Origin: Candidatus Nanoarchaeia archaeon
Lineage (GTDB): Archaea; Nanobdellota; Nanobdellia; Woesearchaeales; JANQNE01
Reading direction: 5' to 3'
Length of the DNA: 64,000 bases
Assembly: GCA_028279725.1 (NCBI GenBank)
Contig: JANQNE010000012.1
Coordinates: 71,348-135,347 of the forward strand
This document shows positions 8,201 through 17,352 of this stretch, in pieces (position 1 is the stretch's first letter; each line of letters starts with the position of its first letter). The position numbers were made by a program, and so were the translations under genes. The notes below the pieces were generated by a model. It worked only from the letters and a program-made list of their open reading frames with translations. It was not told where the DNA came from and ran no database searches.

Positions 8201-11186
8201 TATCTCCTCCAAATCCTGGAGGATCACAGAATCCGCTCATCCATGTGCAGCCAGATGCATTTGTACATGCAGATTCAGTGTTGCTGTCCCAGCAGCTTCC
8301 TGATTCTCCACTCATCATCTTTCCTTCGCACCATCCTCCCTGAGGTGAATGATGGTCTTCTTTCCATATGCACCATTCTGAATTAGATGCATTTTCACAG
8401 ATTGACTGATTGTCATCATACTGCCAGCATGTAAAGCTTACATGATCACAGAATCCTGCATTAGCTCCTTGTGTTGCACACCATGGGTCCTGCTGCCACT
8501 GGCATTCATCTCTATTTGTACAATCTGAATCAGTATTATGCTGCCAGCAATCATACCATGCTACATTAGGGTTTTCTGCAAACCATGAACCATTAGTCTC
8601 ACACCAACCTCCTGATTCCTGGCACCAGTCATCAATTATCCATGTGCAGTTTTGTGATGATAGAGCACTACAGGCAGATTCGTTATCAGCTGAGAAGCAG
8701 GCATTTGCTACTCCTCCCATGTCCCAATCCTGTTCACAGAATCCTCCAAAGCCTGAATGCCATTCACATGTGTTGTTCTGTTCACAATAAGATTGGTTAG
8801 TTCCATCTTTTTTCCAGCAGACTGCACCAGGCATGTCACACCAAGAACCCCAATTCTCATTTATCCATGCGCAGCCTTCACTCTCACAGGAAGTCTGGTC
8901 ATCAAACATAAAACAGTCTTTTCCAAAATCATCAAACATGAATTCTCCGCCGCAGAAAGGATCGCTCCAGCACATTGAATCAGCACAGTCCATCTTGTTA
9001 TCTCCATTGTTGTCTATTCCATCCCAGCAAATCTCCATCTCGCTGGCTCCTGATTTATAGATGCATACTCCATTGCTCCATTCACAAACTGCAGCTGCAC
9101 TGCTGTCTCCCTGCTTTCCTCCTGTGCTCTGACAGACAAATTCTTCATAACATTTATCACATTTATCTTCACATGTCTTCTCCGATTTAGAAGCACACCT
9201 TCCATAAGATTCATCATCAGGATGAGCTGGATCAGCTATCCATTTACATTTTGCATCACTTGCAGCACAGTAATCTGAAGGTCTTTTTCCTGATGCTGCT
9301 GAAGGATCTCCCATATAGGTACAGGCTCCGCAATCAACATCACAGTCTCCTCCAATAAGCCCTTGCTTGAATTCGTCTTTTGGACTGCAGTACCCGTAGC
9401 CATTTGGTGCATTAGAATCTTCTGTAAATCCACATATACCTAATTCAGATTCGATGCAAGCTGTCTTTGCTTTTGCAGAACTGCTCCAGTTTGTCTTGTC
9501 TGATTTGTATTCACAGGCAAAGCATTCTTTGTTACAATTTCTTTCTTCGTCAAACTTGTAATCGCATCTTCCTATAGAAAGCCTTACTGCTGTGCTTGCG
9601 TTATTTGTGCTTGGATAAGTATCTAAGATCCATTTTCCTCCTGCAGCTTCACAGTTCTTCTCATTATCTATCTTCATTATGTTCTTTTCTCCATCTCCGA
9701 AGATATCATCTCCTTTAAACTCACATCTTTCTGTAGAGTTGTCCCACTGACATGGCATGAACCAAGGAGAGCCTGCTATCTGCTCGCAAAGAGTCTGGTC
9801 TGTGTAGGAATTATAGTCTTCACAGTAGTGCGCTCCTTCAGGAGGCTCCTGCATCTGATCCCTGCAGCTCTGGTCAAACCTGTCTGCAACACAAGATCCT
9901 GCCTGCCACTTACAGCATGTACTAAGAGCAGGAATAGAGTTACATACAGACTGATTATTGAATAAAGTACAGTTAAGTTCATTAGTAGGTATTATTGAAG
10001 CATTATTCTCACAACCTGGAGAGTTCCAATAACATCCTGTAGTATTTTCACAGATTGCCTGATCCATATCAAATAAGAAGCATCCTGGATTCCATTCTAC
10101 AAATTCTGTCTCTTTTCCTGCTTCAGGATCATTACAGGTTAATGCGTTATGGTCCCACCAGCAATAGAAAGTGTCCATGCAATCTCTTTCTTCTGTTATA
10201 CTTCCGCAGCTTTTTGCAGTTACGTTTTCATAACACCATCCTCCACTATTATCATATACACAGCTTAGTCCTGGATGAAGGCTTGAATTTTCACAGCCAG
10301 CCTGGTTTCCGTCCCAGTTCCAGCACCACTGTTCTTCACACCATCCTCCATCATGAGTTTCCCATACACATCCTGGAGCATCATTACATGTTGATGAATC
10401 TCCTCCATAGTTCCAGCATCCTTTATCATTACACCAATTTGCATTAGCGTCCCATTCACAGCTTCTGTTTGCTGTGTTGTTTACACAATAGCTTGCATTT
10501 TCTCCGCTAAAGGTTCCGCACCAAGGTTCCATGCAGCTTCCATCCCATGCACAATTATTTGATTGACATGTTGAAATATCATCATAATTCCAGCATCCTC
10601 CTTCCATACATTCTGTTCCCCATTCTCTTACTTCCCATACACATGTCATTCCATTTGATCCTACTTGTGCTTCACATGTTGTTTGATCTGAATCAGAATA
10701 ATCCCAGCATGATTTCTCAAAACAAAGACCCCAATTACATCCTGTAATATTCTCACATGCTGCCTGTGTTGAGTGAGTCCAGCACTGTTTTTCAGGAGGG
10801 CCCATACAAGGATTTCCCCATTCATCAACATCATCATCCCAAGTACATTCTAATCCCCAGGAGTTATTTTCACATGCTGTCTGGTTAGTTCCATCTAGAA
10901 TCCAGCATCCTTGTTCAGCACACCAGCCAGAAGAACCAGATCTCCAAGAACAAGATTTATTTATCGTGTTCATGGAATTGGTGCAGGATCCCTGATCCCA
11001 AAAGTTCCAGCAACCTTTCTCTTCACACCAAGAGCCCCAGGGGTCTTCACGCCACTGGCAGTCTGTCTGTGCTTCGCAGTTAGTCTGGTCATCGTCATAT
11101 TCCCAGCACTGAGCTGCAGATGCAAATTGAGACAGTATAATTAAAGACATAGCTAATAGTATAACTCTTGGTATAATCTTGTTCAT
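5283..11186 (-). CDS. Giant (about 1967 aa) secreted Cys/Trp-rich repeat surface protein with a C-terminal TM anchor and poly-Lys tail
   Basis: Signal peptide MNKIIPRVILLAMSLIILSQFASA. The first ~1100 aa is made of dozens of degenerate 25-40-aa modules rich in C and W (CWNYDD, GCW, WCEE, CxW). A Cys-poor region follows, then a Gly/Ser/Pro linker. The C-terminal domain ends ...YSHYRSETPGFSFFAVVG, followed by an acidic/Q-rich linker and TM helix WIISIAIIALTISLITIITGIV KKKKK. Confidence 0.85.
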   Translation of the reverse strand: MNKIIPRVILLAMSLIILSQFASAAQCWEYDDDQTNCEAQTDCQWREDPWGSWCEEKGCWNFWDQGSCTNSMNTINKSCSWRSGSSGWCAEQGCWILDGTNQTACENNSWGLECTWDDDVDEWGNPCMGPPEKQCWTHSTQAACENITGCNWGLCFEKSCWDYSDSDQTTCEAQVGSNGMTCVWEVREWGTECMEGGCWNYDDISTCQSNNCAWDGSCMEPWCGTFSGENASYCVNNTANRSCEWDANANWCNDKGCWNYGGDSSTCNDAPGCVWETHDGGWCEEQWCWNWDGNQAGCENSSLHPGLSCVYDNSGGWCYENVTAKSCGSITEERDCMDTFYCWWDHNALTCNDPEAGKETEFVEWNPGCFLFDMDQAICENTTGCYWNSPGCENNASIIPTNELNCTLFNNQSVCNSIPALSTCCKWQAGSCVADRFDQSCRDQMQEPPEGAHYCEDYNSYTDQTLCEQIAGSPWFMPCQWDNSTERCEFKGDDIFGDGEKNIMKIDNEKNCEAAGGKWILDTYPSTNNASTAVRLSIGRCDYKFDEERNCNKECFACEYKSDKTNWSSSAKAKTACIESELGICGFTEDSNAPNGYGYCSPKDEFKQGLIGGDCDVDCGACTYMGDPSAASGKRPSDYCAASDAKCKWIADPAHPDDESYGRCASKSEKTCEDKCDKCYEEFVCQSTGGKQGDSSAAAVCEWSNGVCIYKSGASEMEICWDGIDNNGDNKMDCADSMCWSDPFCGGEFMFDDFGKDCFMFDDQTSCESEGCAWINENWGSWCDMPGAVCWKKDGTNQSYCEQNNTCEWHSGFGGFCEQDWDMGGVANACFSADNESACSALSSQNCTWIIDDWCQESGGWCETNGSWFAENPNVAWYDCWQHNTDSDCTNRDECQWQQDPWCATQGANAGFCDHVSFTCWQYDDNQSICENASNSEWCIWKEDHHSPQGGWCEGKMMSGESGSCWDSNTESACTNASGCTWMSGFCDPPGFGGDMMPGMSGGGPDDMGMGGFGMQCFQYDGAQSACENQTGCGWFNEPHPFCDINFENSCPQYTYNQSLCETIPSCMWNSQMNFCDEKPFECFWNQTLKNNFTLCDAHPLCFNNNNDCQPIGFNATTEQQCNNYNSTFFRWVTGWCNPAMAAEFFKGIDMGAPPTPLGTDPDDTAIEDEVDITGFGMKDMGEAYGFGITVDDPTNSAGCNDIKMMNGMGTGTNRTKFYWYLDTDGNTTNNCALNQNSSETGYEFYIKNEWSYDTTSGSVTESPAVYRCSEGSWILAEIRVSSERHLMCDLVGGAMVAIDKGELEKFPSLYTSGVDLRVSVASADKNHNITTPSDEASPGWVTPGSQDFEIPDLYSYETDWTKKAKKEGSDKGFIDYGEDADCWTSEGCEDYSCKGHPYCVENSLGVEAAGYTDTRIPKVIGVIKETYPDSAFLAYFTDKPANGTLMFYNNDSTCSQAGLTDTIYDIGILSNNSRNHKLWHIAEIYNDNGVESLNTSLSTSTTYYYRLAVCDDNGKCGTSKCSNFTTPDSLDDCSFCKYVSRIKAPTGWDVYYDIDQDGTYEHHQGGILNNSKDGMFTNYTIGRKANILMNTTDGTAHLEFLNVTLTKTGMSPKIRDIESSGALKEGTTTTSAGATIGYVGMIDETRDKIINNLYPRTCRVKIPGTGTCSALWHCDSEGDNCVDRTSEATLINTTSSACIWQIPYCEFSIWAGGQPGTVATPSSPGGGSSSPSSGGGIASGATQSIKAAHYFNIITVGEETTMKVNSENMAITKNTFKLNKQAQKATVTIRKVENKTELPKELENAYEYMEITLDNILSEDVDGATLEFKVSNTWLTQNNIESISLMRYTGSWTELPTQLISSDENYSHYRSETPGFSFFAVVGKASPQERSTQQIAEETTETVQVAEEIQQPQAEETAGETVTPLLQTPEQPSGSKAKTWIISIAIIALTISLITIITGIVKKKKK

Positions 11187-11302
11187 TTTTCACTCCTCCT
11201 CACAGTTGATAATCAAAACAAGGTTAACAAAAACCAGATCATATAATATCTTTTTTTTATCAGAAATTAATGTTAATCCTTTTTTTATCTTAAAGGAGAT
11301 GA

Positions 11303-12079
11303 TCATTCAAAATTTATCTCTTTTGCTCTTCCAAATTCTGATATGAAGAAATTGTCGATAAATCTTGTGAATGATGGGCTTAATGCATAGATGCCAAGGT
11401 CTTTTCCATAGATTATATTATCATCATCCGGAGATGGATCTATGACCATGCATTCTTTTCCATCTATGGAGATGAAATTGTTCCTGGAGCTTTTTATAGA
11501 CCTTGGTAAGTGTGCTTTTAGGGACCTTATCTCGTTCTTGTTTTCGTTGTTTTTTGCTCCTGCGACATGTATCTTTACTCCTTTCTCAGATGCCTTTTTT
11601 AGAGATTCCTTATGCAATATGAGCCTTGATAATGAGTTTGCAGAGCATTGGATATGGATGTTATGTTCTGCTTTCTGTATCAGTTCGTCTGTCTTCTTAA
11701 CTACATTTGACCTTCCGTTTATGACTGAGAATATGCTTTTTGGCTGTGTAAACTTTTTGTTCTCTGCAAAAGGCCCAAGATGTTCTGTTATGTCTTTTTC
11801 AATTTTATTGAATTTATCTTCCATATCTTTTTTTGCTGAGGTTATTGCCTGTTTTGGAGATACTGCCTTGTATTTCATCGGCTTTGAGGGAAGGACCATG
11901 GAGAAGCCTTTATTTGATAAAGACATCATTATCTCATAAACCTTTCCATAAGGTATTCCAGTTATATCTGATATGTTCTTTGCTGTAGAAACACCTTCAC
12001 TGATCAAAGTGAGGTATACTTTTGTCTCGTATTTGCTCAACCCCAATGATGAAAGAGATTGAAATGTGTCTTTTGGCAT
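11303..12079 (-). CDS. TrmB-family transcriptional regulator
   Basis: N-terminal TrmB HTH: LGLSKYETKVYLTLISEGVSTAKNISDITGIPYGKVYEIMMSLSNKGF. Confidence 0.7.
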   Translation of the reverse strand: MPKDTFQSLSSLGLSKYETKVYLTLISEGVSTAKNISDITGIPYGKVYEIMMSLSNKGFSMVLPSKPMKYKAVSPKQAITSAKKDMEDKFNKIEKDITEHLGPFAENKKFTQPKSIFSVINGRSNVVKKTDELIQKAEHNIHIQCSANSLSRLILHKESLKKASEKGVKIHVAGAKNNENKNEIRSLKAHLPRSIKSSRNNFISIDGKECMVIDPSPDDDNIIYGKDLGIYALSPSFTRFIDNFFISEFGRAKEINFE

Positions 12080-12138
12080 GGAATCTGGAGAATAAGCAAG
12101 ATATATATCTCTTCTTTATATAAAAAAACCAAAATATG

Positions 12139-12936
12139 TTATTTACTCTGTACAAGGGGGAAAATAGGTTTTGTCCTCTTGAAGTTTGAGATGAAGAACT
12201 CATCCATGAACTTTGTAAATGATGCAGAGGAGACCCACATACCAAGATCTCTTCCATATATCAGGTTGTCATCGTCAGGGATCGGTTCTATTATCAGGCA
12301 TTCGCTGTTGTCTATAGAGATAAAGTTATTCTCTGAGTTCTTTGTTTTTCTTATGTCGCAGAAATCCAGCGCTTTTATCTCATCCATCATATCTTTGTCC
12401 ATCACTCCTGCTATCGAGATATCGATACCTTTTTCTTTTGCCTGTTTCAGCAGTTCTTTATGAAGTATGAGTCTTGAAAGGCTTCTTGGAGAGCAGTGGA
12501 TATTGATATTGTTTTCAGCCTTTTGGATTAATTCATCTATCTTTTTTACGACATTAGATCTTCCGTTAATCACCCAGAAAACCCCTTTTGGCTCTATGAA
12601 TTTCTTGCTCTCCGTAAACATAGGCTCAAGCTCATCTAAGATATGTTTCTCTAATTTTTCGTATTTTTCTTCTGTTCTCTTCTTGGTCTCAACTATAGCC
12701 TGTTTTGGTGATGTTGCCCTGCATTTCATAGGCTTTGAGGGAAGGATCGTGCAGAAACCTTTTGATGAAAGTGAGTTTATAATCTCATATACTTTTCCGT
12801 AAGGAACTCCTGTTATGTCTGATACATTCTTTGCTGTGGAGATCCCCTCTCCTATCAATGTAAGATATACTTTTGCTTCATATTTGTTTAACCCCAATTC
12901 AAGTAAAGGAGTTATTATATTTTTTGTTGATAACAT
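12139..12936 (-). CDS. TrmB-family transcriptional regulator, tandem paralog
   Basis: LELGLNKYEAKVYLTLIGEGISTAKNVSDITGVPYGKVYEIINSLSSKGF. It is co-linear over its full length with 11303..12079. The start was moved to the internal Met (MLSTKN...); the ORF-track start at 13005 adds 23 unlikely residues. Confidence 0.65.
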   Translation of the reverse strand: MLSTKNIITPLLELGLNKYEAKVYLTLIGEGISTAKNVSDITGVPYGKVYEIINSLSSKGFCTILPSKPMKCRATSPKQAIVETKKRTEEKYEKLEKHILDELEPMFTESKKFIEPKGVFWVINGRSNVVKKIDELIQKAENNINIHCSPRSLSRLILHKELLKQAKEKGIDISIAGVMDKDMMDEIKALDFCDIRKTKNSENNFISIDNSECLIIEPIPDDDNLIYGRDLGMWVSSASFTKFMDEFFISNFKRTKPIFPLVQSK

Positions 12937-13164
12937 TTTATATACCACCCGGAAACGTTTTTGTTTTCTTGGAAAATAGGTGAACAATATATCTCTTTTT
13001 AGCATATTATTAGAGAATGGTTATACATCCTCCTGCGAGTAGAGAATTGGATATATAAATAAAATATATATCTTTTCTTTAGAGTTTATATTCTAATATA
13101 AATGATATATATTAGTTTATATTACCAAAGATTTATATACTAAAATATTTCCCTTTTATATAAG

Positions 13165-14070
13165 ATGAGACGTAAGATCATTCAAATAGGGGATTTCACA
13201 AAATCCATTACCCTGCCAAAAGGATGGGTAACCAAACTAAATATACAAAAAGGAGATGAAGTGATACTTGAAGAAGAAGGAAATAAGCTAGTGATCAGCC
13301 CAACAAGCATCTCTCCTCTGAAGAAAAAGGCAAGCTTAGACTTAAGTAAAAAATACGAATATAATATAAGGCTAACAAAAACCATGTACAGGTGCGGGTA
13401 CGATGAAGTGGCTGTCCAGTTTGATGATGCAGACATGATAAATAAGATCCAAAATGTCCTGTCAGAACAGCTTGTAGGATTTGAGATAATCGATCAAGAA
13501 GAAAAAAGATGTGTAGTAAAAGATATAGTCGGTGAATCTGAATCAGATATAAACACGATCCTTAGGAGATTATTCCTTTTAACACTTTCAATGGGTAAGG
13601 AAAGCTATGATGCAATATCCAGCAATGACCTAAAACGCTTAAATGAGATTCAAGCGATGGAAAGGATGAACAACAAGCTTTGCAACCTTTGTGAAAGGAT
13701 ACTAAACAAGAAGGGTTATGAAAAAGAACCAATAAAGATGCTCTTTATCCATGCACTTACAAAAGAATTAGAGCAGATAGCAGATAATTATAGAGACTTA
13801 TGCAAGTACCTGCTGACCAGAGAAAAAGTAAAAGTCTCAGAAGACATATTAAAAACATATAAGGAAGCTAATGAATTGTTCAATGAAGCGTACAAACTAT
13901 TCTATAACATAGACTATGCTTTTCTGTCTAAGCACAAGAATAAAAAATGGATACTAAAAAAGAAAGCATATGACTTACTCTCTAAGAAAAAAGGTGATGA
14001 CCAGATCATCCTTCACCATATTATCATACTAATCCTTAAGACAATCCATCTAGATGAGTCAATAATCTAA
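13165..14070 (+). CDS. AbrB/SpoVT-type swapped-hairpin DNA-binding domain protein with a C-terminal helical (PhoU-like) domain; a putative regulator
   Basis: The N-terminus IIQIGDFTKSITLPKGWVTKLNIQKGDEVILEEEGNKLVISP is a typical AbrB/MazE-type fold. The remainder is helical with repeated acidic motifs. Confidence 0.5.
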   Translation: MRRKIIQIGDFTKSITLPKGWVTKLNIQKGDEVILEEEGNKLVISPTSISPLKKKASLDLSKKYEYNIRLTKTMYRCGYDEVAVQFDDADMINKIQNVLSEQLVGFEIIDQEEKRCVVKDIVGESESDINTILRRLFLLTLSMGKESYDAISSNDLKRLNEIQAMERMNNKLCNLCERILNKKGYEKEPIKMLFIHALTKELEQIADNYRDLCKYLLTREKVKVSEDILKTYKEANELFNEAYKLFYNIDYAFLSKHKNKKWILKKKAYDLLSKKKGDDQIILHHIIILILKTIHLDESII

Positions 14071-15009
14071 TAGCTTGTCCATCTGAAAATCTTCTTTGCA
14101 TATCCCATGGTGGTCAGATCCCCTAGTCAGCAATTGCAGGCCAGTTAAAATATCATAGATTAACTTTTTATGCCTTTCTATCTTTTTATTAGAAGTTTTT
14201 GCTTTTAATTCCTCAAAGAAATCGTATGAAAACTCTTTTTTGTGCCATAACGAGACCACCTCAACACCATCCAGCCCATTATCATTACATACATCAAACA
14301 TCTCTGCCAAAGATCCCCAATTTTCTTCTTCACTGTTCTCTGAATTATAAAATATAAAACCAGGATGTGCAATAACTGCTTTTCCTCCTGCTCCTTGGAC
14401 AAGTTTGATTGCATCTAAAGTACCCATATGCCTAAAGTCTGACCTGACCTTTATGATCGGAGTGTCCACTCCTGTGTACTTTTTGTCTCCGCATTCACAA
14501 ACAGCCTCTTCAAAATCTATGCCATGAACAATATGCCTTGCCATTGCAATATCTTTTGTGCCAACATATGCTTTCTCATAATGATTAATTCCTCTGTAAG
14601 ATCCAACTCTGATCTCTTCAAAAGAAGGCATCTTTATGCCTAATACTTCATATTTCCTTAGTACTTCTTTTGCTATCCTATTTTTTTCTTCTATTGCTGG
14701 CTGAAGTGCATTTTTTAGTTTTTTATCATATACATCTAACCCATAACCTAAAAGATGGAAATTTTCATCTCTAAAGCTGGTCCATATCTCAACACCTTGT
14801 TCCACTATGATATCTTTTTTATTTAGTTTTTTGATCCTTTCAGGGTCATGAAAAGAATTATGGTCAGTGATTATCACTTTCTTTAGTCTGTTCTTTTTTG
14901 CCTGCTCTACTACTTCTTCTATAGGCTGGCATCCATCAGTAAGAGAAGTGTGAAGATGACAATCTACCTTATTGTCCTTATATGTCTTATTATCTATTTG
15001 ATAGATCAT
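14059..15009 (-). CDS. PHP-family metal-dependent phosphoesterase
   Basis: Motif I CHLHTSLTDG, VIITDHNS, and a later AVIAHPG motif. It overlaps the stop of the upstream 773-aa ORF by 20 nt, so the two form an operon. Confidence 0.65.
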   Translation of the reverse strand: MIYQIDNKTYKDNKVDCHLHTSLTDGCQPIEEVVEQAKKNRLKKVIITDHNSFHDPERIKKLNKKDIIVEQGVEIWTSFRDENFHLLGYGLDVYDKKLKNALQPAIEEKNRIAKEVLRKYEVLGIKMPSFEEIRVGSYRGINHYEKAYVGTKDIAMARHIVHGIDFEEAVCECGDKKYTGVDTPIIKVRSDFRHMGTLDAIKLVQGAGGKAVIAHPGFIFYNSENSEEENWGSLAEMFDVCNDNGLDGVEVVSLWHKKEFSYDFFEELKAKTSNKKIERHKKLIYDILTGLQLLTRGSDHHGICKEDFQMDKLLDY

Positions 15010-17311
15010 GCTTTATACCTTCCATCCTGTTTTCCAAATGATTCCACCTCTCTAAGACGTCCTTTTCTTCTTCCTTAAAATACTTTTCCCTATATTTTTT
15101 AAACCTGTCTCCTTTCAGCTCATGGATTGCATTGATCCCATCATCAAGCCATCTGTTAGTGTCTGGATTTGCAGGATCAAAGTTTGCTTTGGTCAGCTTC
15201 GATAGCGACTGAGTGAAGAATTTTTCAGCATAACTCACGAATAAAGCTTCATCCTTGTCATGTATTTTTCCTTCTATGAGCTTAAGACAATATTCTTGTT
15301 TTTCTGAAAGATCTCCTTTATCCCTAATCAAGCCAACATATTCCCAGACTGTCAGGTTATTCTTATCTTCCTTGCTTATAGACCCTTTTATCTCCTCTAT
15401 CGTAAGTTCATCAAAAGCCTCACATCCTGTGACAGCACTATATATCCTGATACCTGCATCGACCATCTCTTTTACATCAGTTAATTCCATGCTCTTTTCT
15501 CTATAAGATACATCTCTTTCCCTATTATATGCATCAACAAGCTCGCTAACACACATCTCCTCAAAAACCCTGCTTTGCTCATAAGCATCACATAATCTCT
15601 GATCTCCAAGTGACTTAACCAAGACCGCAAAAGGTGATGTTATCCTTGGCATATCAATATCTATAGGTTTGTATTTGAGCTTTTCCGTCTTAGAACTTCT
15701 CCCTTCTGGAACAAGGGTGTTTTTCAAATCAGAATCCTTAAATACCGCCTTATGAGGATATTGTGCAAGTATATGCAGAATATCTCCTGATTCTTCTATT
15801 ACCTGTTCTGATTCAACACTTCCTTTTTTATATCTTGACCTTAAGAAACTTTTGTAATCCTGTTCAGTCAATAACATGTTTTCTTCTCTTACTGTATGAA
15901 ATGGAGCGATTGCCTGCCAAAAACCGATCAAGTTGACCAAAGGATGGATCAGTTCAAATCTTTCCCTGCCAAGTTTTGCCTCTTTTACTATGTCAAGCAA
16001 TGTCCTGCTTGGTGTCTCTTTTCCTTCCTCTTTTATTTCACCCATCAAAAGAGCCCCTTTCCCCGCTCCCCCGCCGATCAATGAATCAGGAGCAATAGAA
16101 AACTTATACACTGGGAAAAAGTCCTTGTAATACTTATTTAGAAAATTTATCATCTTAGTCTCATTCTCATATCTCTGTTCTTCCTTGTAAACCTTTAGCA
16201 ACAGCCCTTCCTCTCCGGGCAGCAACTGATCTTCACCCATCCTAACCACTGTGTTAGAGCTTTTTGGAAAACCTTCAAAAGACTTAAGCTCTGGACCTTC
16301 AAGCTTTAATATTGTAGCGATAGCAATACCATCCTGCCGAACTGTATCCATATCAAATGAACTGCTCCCAGACTCTGCCTGATCCTGAAATGCATCCCTA
16401 AAAGAATTCAAAGCTGACTTCAAGCTACGTGTTGCTTCTGCATACGCCCCAATACTACAAAGACCACTATACTGATTAAAATGCCTATAACCCTCAGCCA
16501 ATCTCAACTCCTTCTTCTCCTTTTTTGTCTGTTTAAGAAGCTCTGACTGAGCTTTTTCTAAAGCTTCATTTTTTGAATATAATTCCTCTATTGTACGAGC
16601 ATAACCAGACATAGTTTCCTCCAACTCCTCACCCGTTACACTACCACAAAGAACATAATCTATATCATACACAGTATGAGATCTATTCTTCAACATAGAT
16701 TCAGTCTCAATAACCTTGGCAAAGTCTGCATCACTTTTACATATTGTTGGAACTGTTATTAAAACAGCCTTACTTAGTTCGCAAAAACCCTCCCTAATGT
16801 CTTCCACCACCCCAGGATTACAATTATACCTGATTATCCTCCCATAATCTCTTTTTTTAACTATTAAAGGATCAATCGTATTATCAGTAAACCTTGAGAA
16901 AACAGGGATATTATCATAAATACCTCCAGGATCCCTTGATAATCTACTTTTCATCGCACTAAATATCTTTGACCTAGTTTTCTTATAACTAAGCATTTTC
17001 CCTAGAAGGAATAAGTTCTCTTCAGTTGTTTTTTGATGTATCTTTAATGCTAAATTAAGAAAAAAGTTAAGATCACCACTCACCGCCTTCATCTTCTCCA
17101 AAAATTCTTGAAAGAAATAAAAGTTTACCTTATGATGACACTTCCCGTTTATATGTGAAATTGCTTTTTTTACATCTTTTACTCCGCAAGAACGTACCAC
17201 ATCTTCAATTATAGATTCTTTAATATTTCTATCTTTTGCATACCTAAAAAAAGGTCTTGTGAATATCACACTAACCCAATATTTCTCATCCAAATAATCC
17301 TCTAAAGCCAT
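14990..17311 (-). CDS. Large hypothetical protein (773 aa) with no recognisable family; contains the Gly-rich loop IGGGAGKGALLMGE
   Basis: Long uninterrupted ORF, co-operonic with the PHP phosphoesterase. No catalytic motif identifiable by eye. Confidence 0.5.
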   Translation of the reverse strand: MALEDYLDEKYWVSVIFTRPFFRYAKDRNIKESIIEDVVRSCGVKDVKKAISHINGKCHHKVNFYFFQEFLEKMKAVSGDLNFFLNLALKIHQKTTEENLFLLGKMLSYKKTRSKIFSAMKSRLSRDPGGIYDNIPVFSRFTDNTIDPLIVKKRDYGRIIRYNCNPGVVEDIREGFCELSKAVLITVPTICKSDADFAKVIETESMLKNRSHTVYDIDYVLCGSVTGEELEETMSGYARTIEELYSKNEALEKAQSELLKQTKKEKKELRLAEGYRHFNQYSGLCSIGAYAEATRSLKSALNSFRDAFQDQAESGSSSFDMDTVRQDGIAIATILKLEGPELKSFEGFPKSSNTVVRMGEDQLLPGEEGLLLKVYKEEQRYENETKMINFLNKYYKDFFPVYKFSIAPDSLIGGGAGKGALLMGEIKEEGKETPSRTLLDIVKEAKLGRERFELIHPLVNLIGFWQAIAPFHTVREENMLLTEQDYKSFLRSRYKKGSVESEQVIEESGDILHILAQYPHKAVFKDSDLKNTLVPEGRSSKTEKLKYKPIDIDMPRITSPFAVLVKSLGDQRLCDAYEQSRVFEEMCVSELVDAYNRERDVSYREKSMELTDVKEMVDAGIRIYSAVTGCEAFDELTIEEIKGSISKEDKNNLTVWEYVGLIRDKGDLSEKQEYCLKLIEGKIHDKDEALFVSYAEKFFTQSLSKLTKANFDPANPDTNRWLDDGINAIHELKGDRFKKYREKYFKEEEKDVLERWNHLENRMEGIKHDLSNR

Positions 17312-17352
17312 TTTTTATAAAGGTCTTATTATTCAAATAATCCTTAAGTAAT

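Noticed and set aside
5283-11186. Calling the giant protein a canonical PGF-CTERM / archaeosortase substrate
   Set aside because: A PGF tripeptide is present, but it is separated from the terminal TM helix by a linker of about 55 aa, which does not fit the canonical PGF-CTERM layout. It is reported only as a resemblance.
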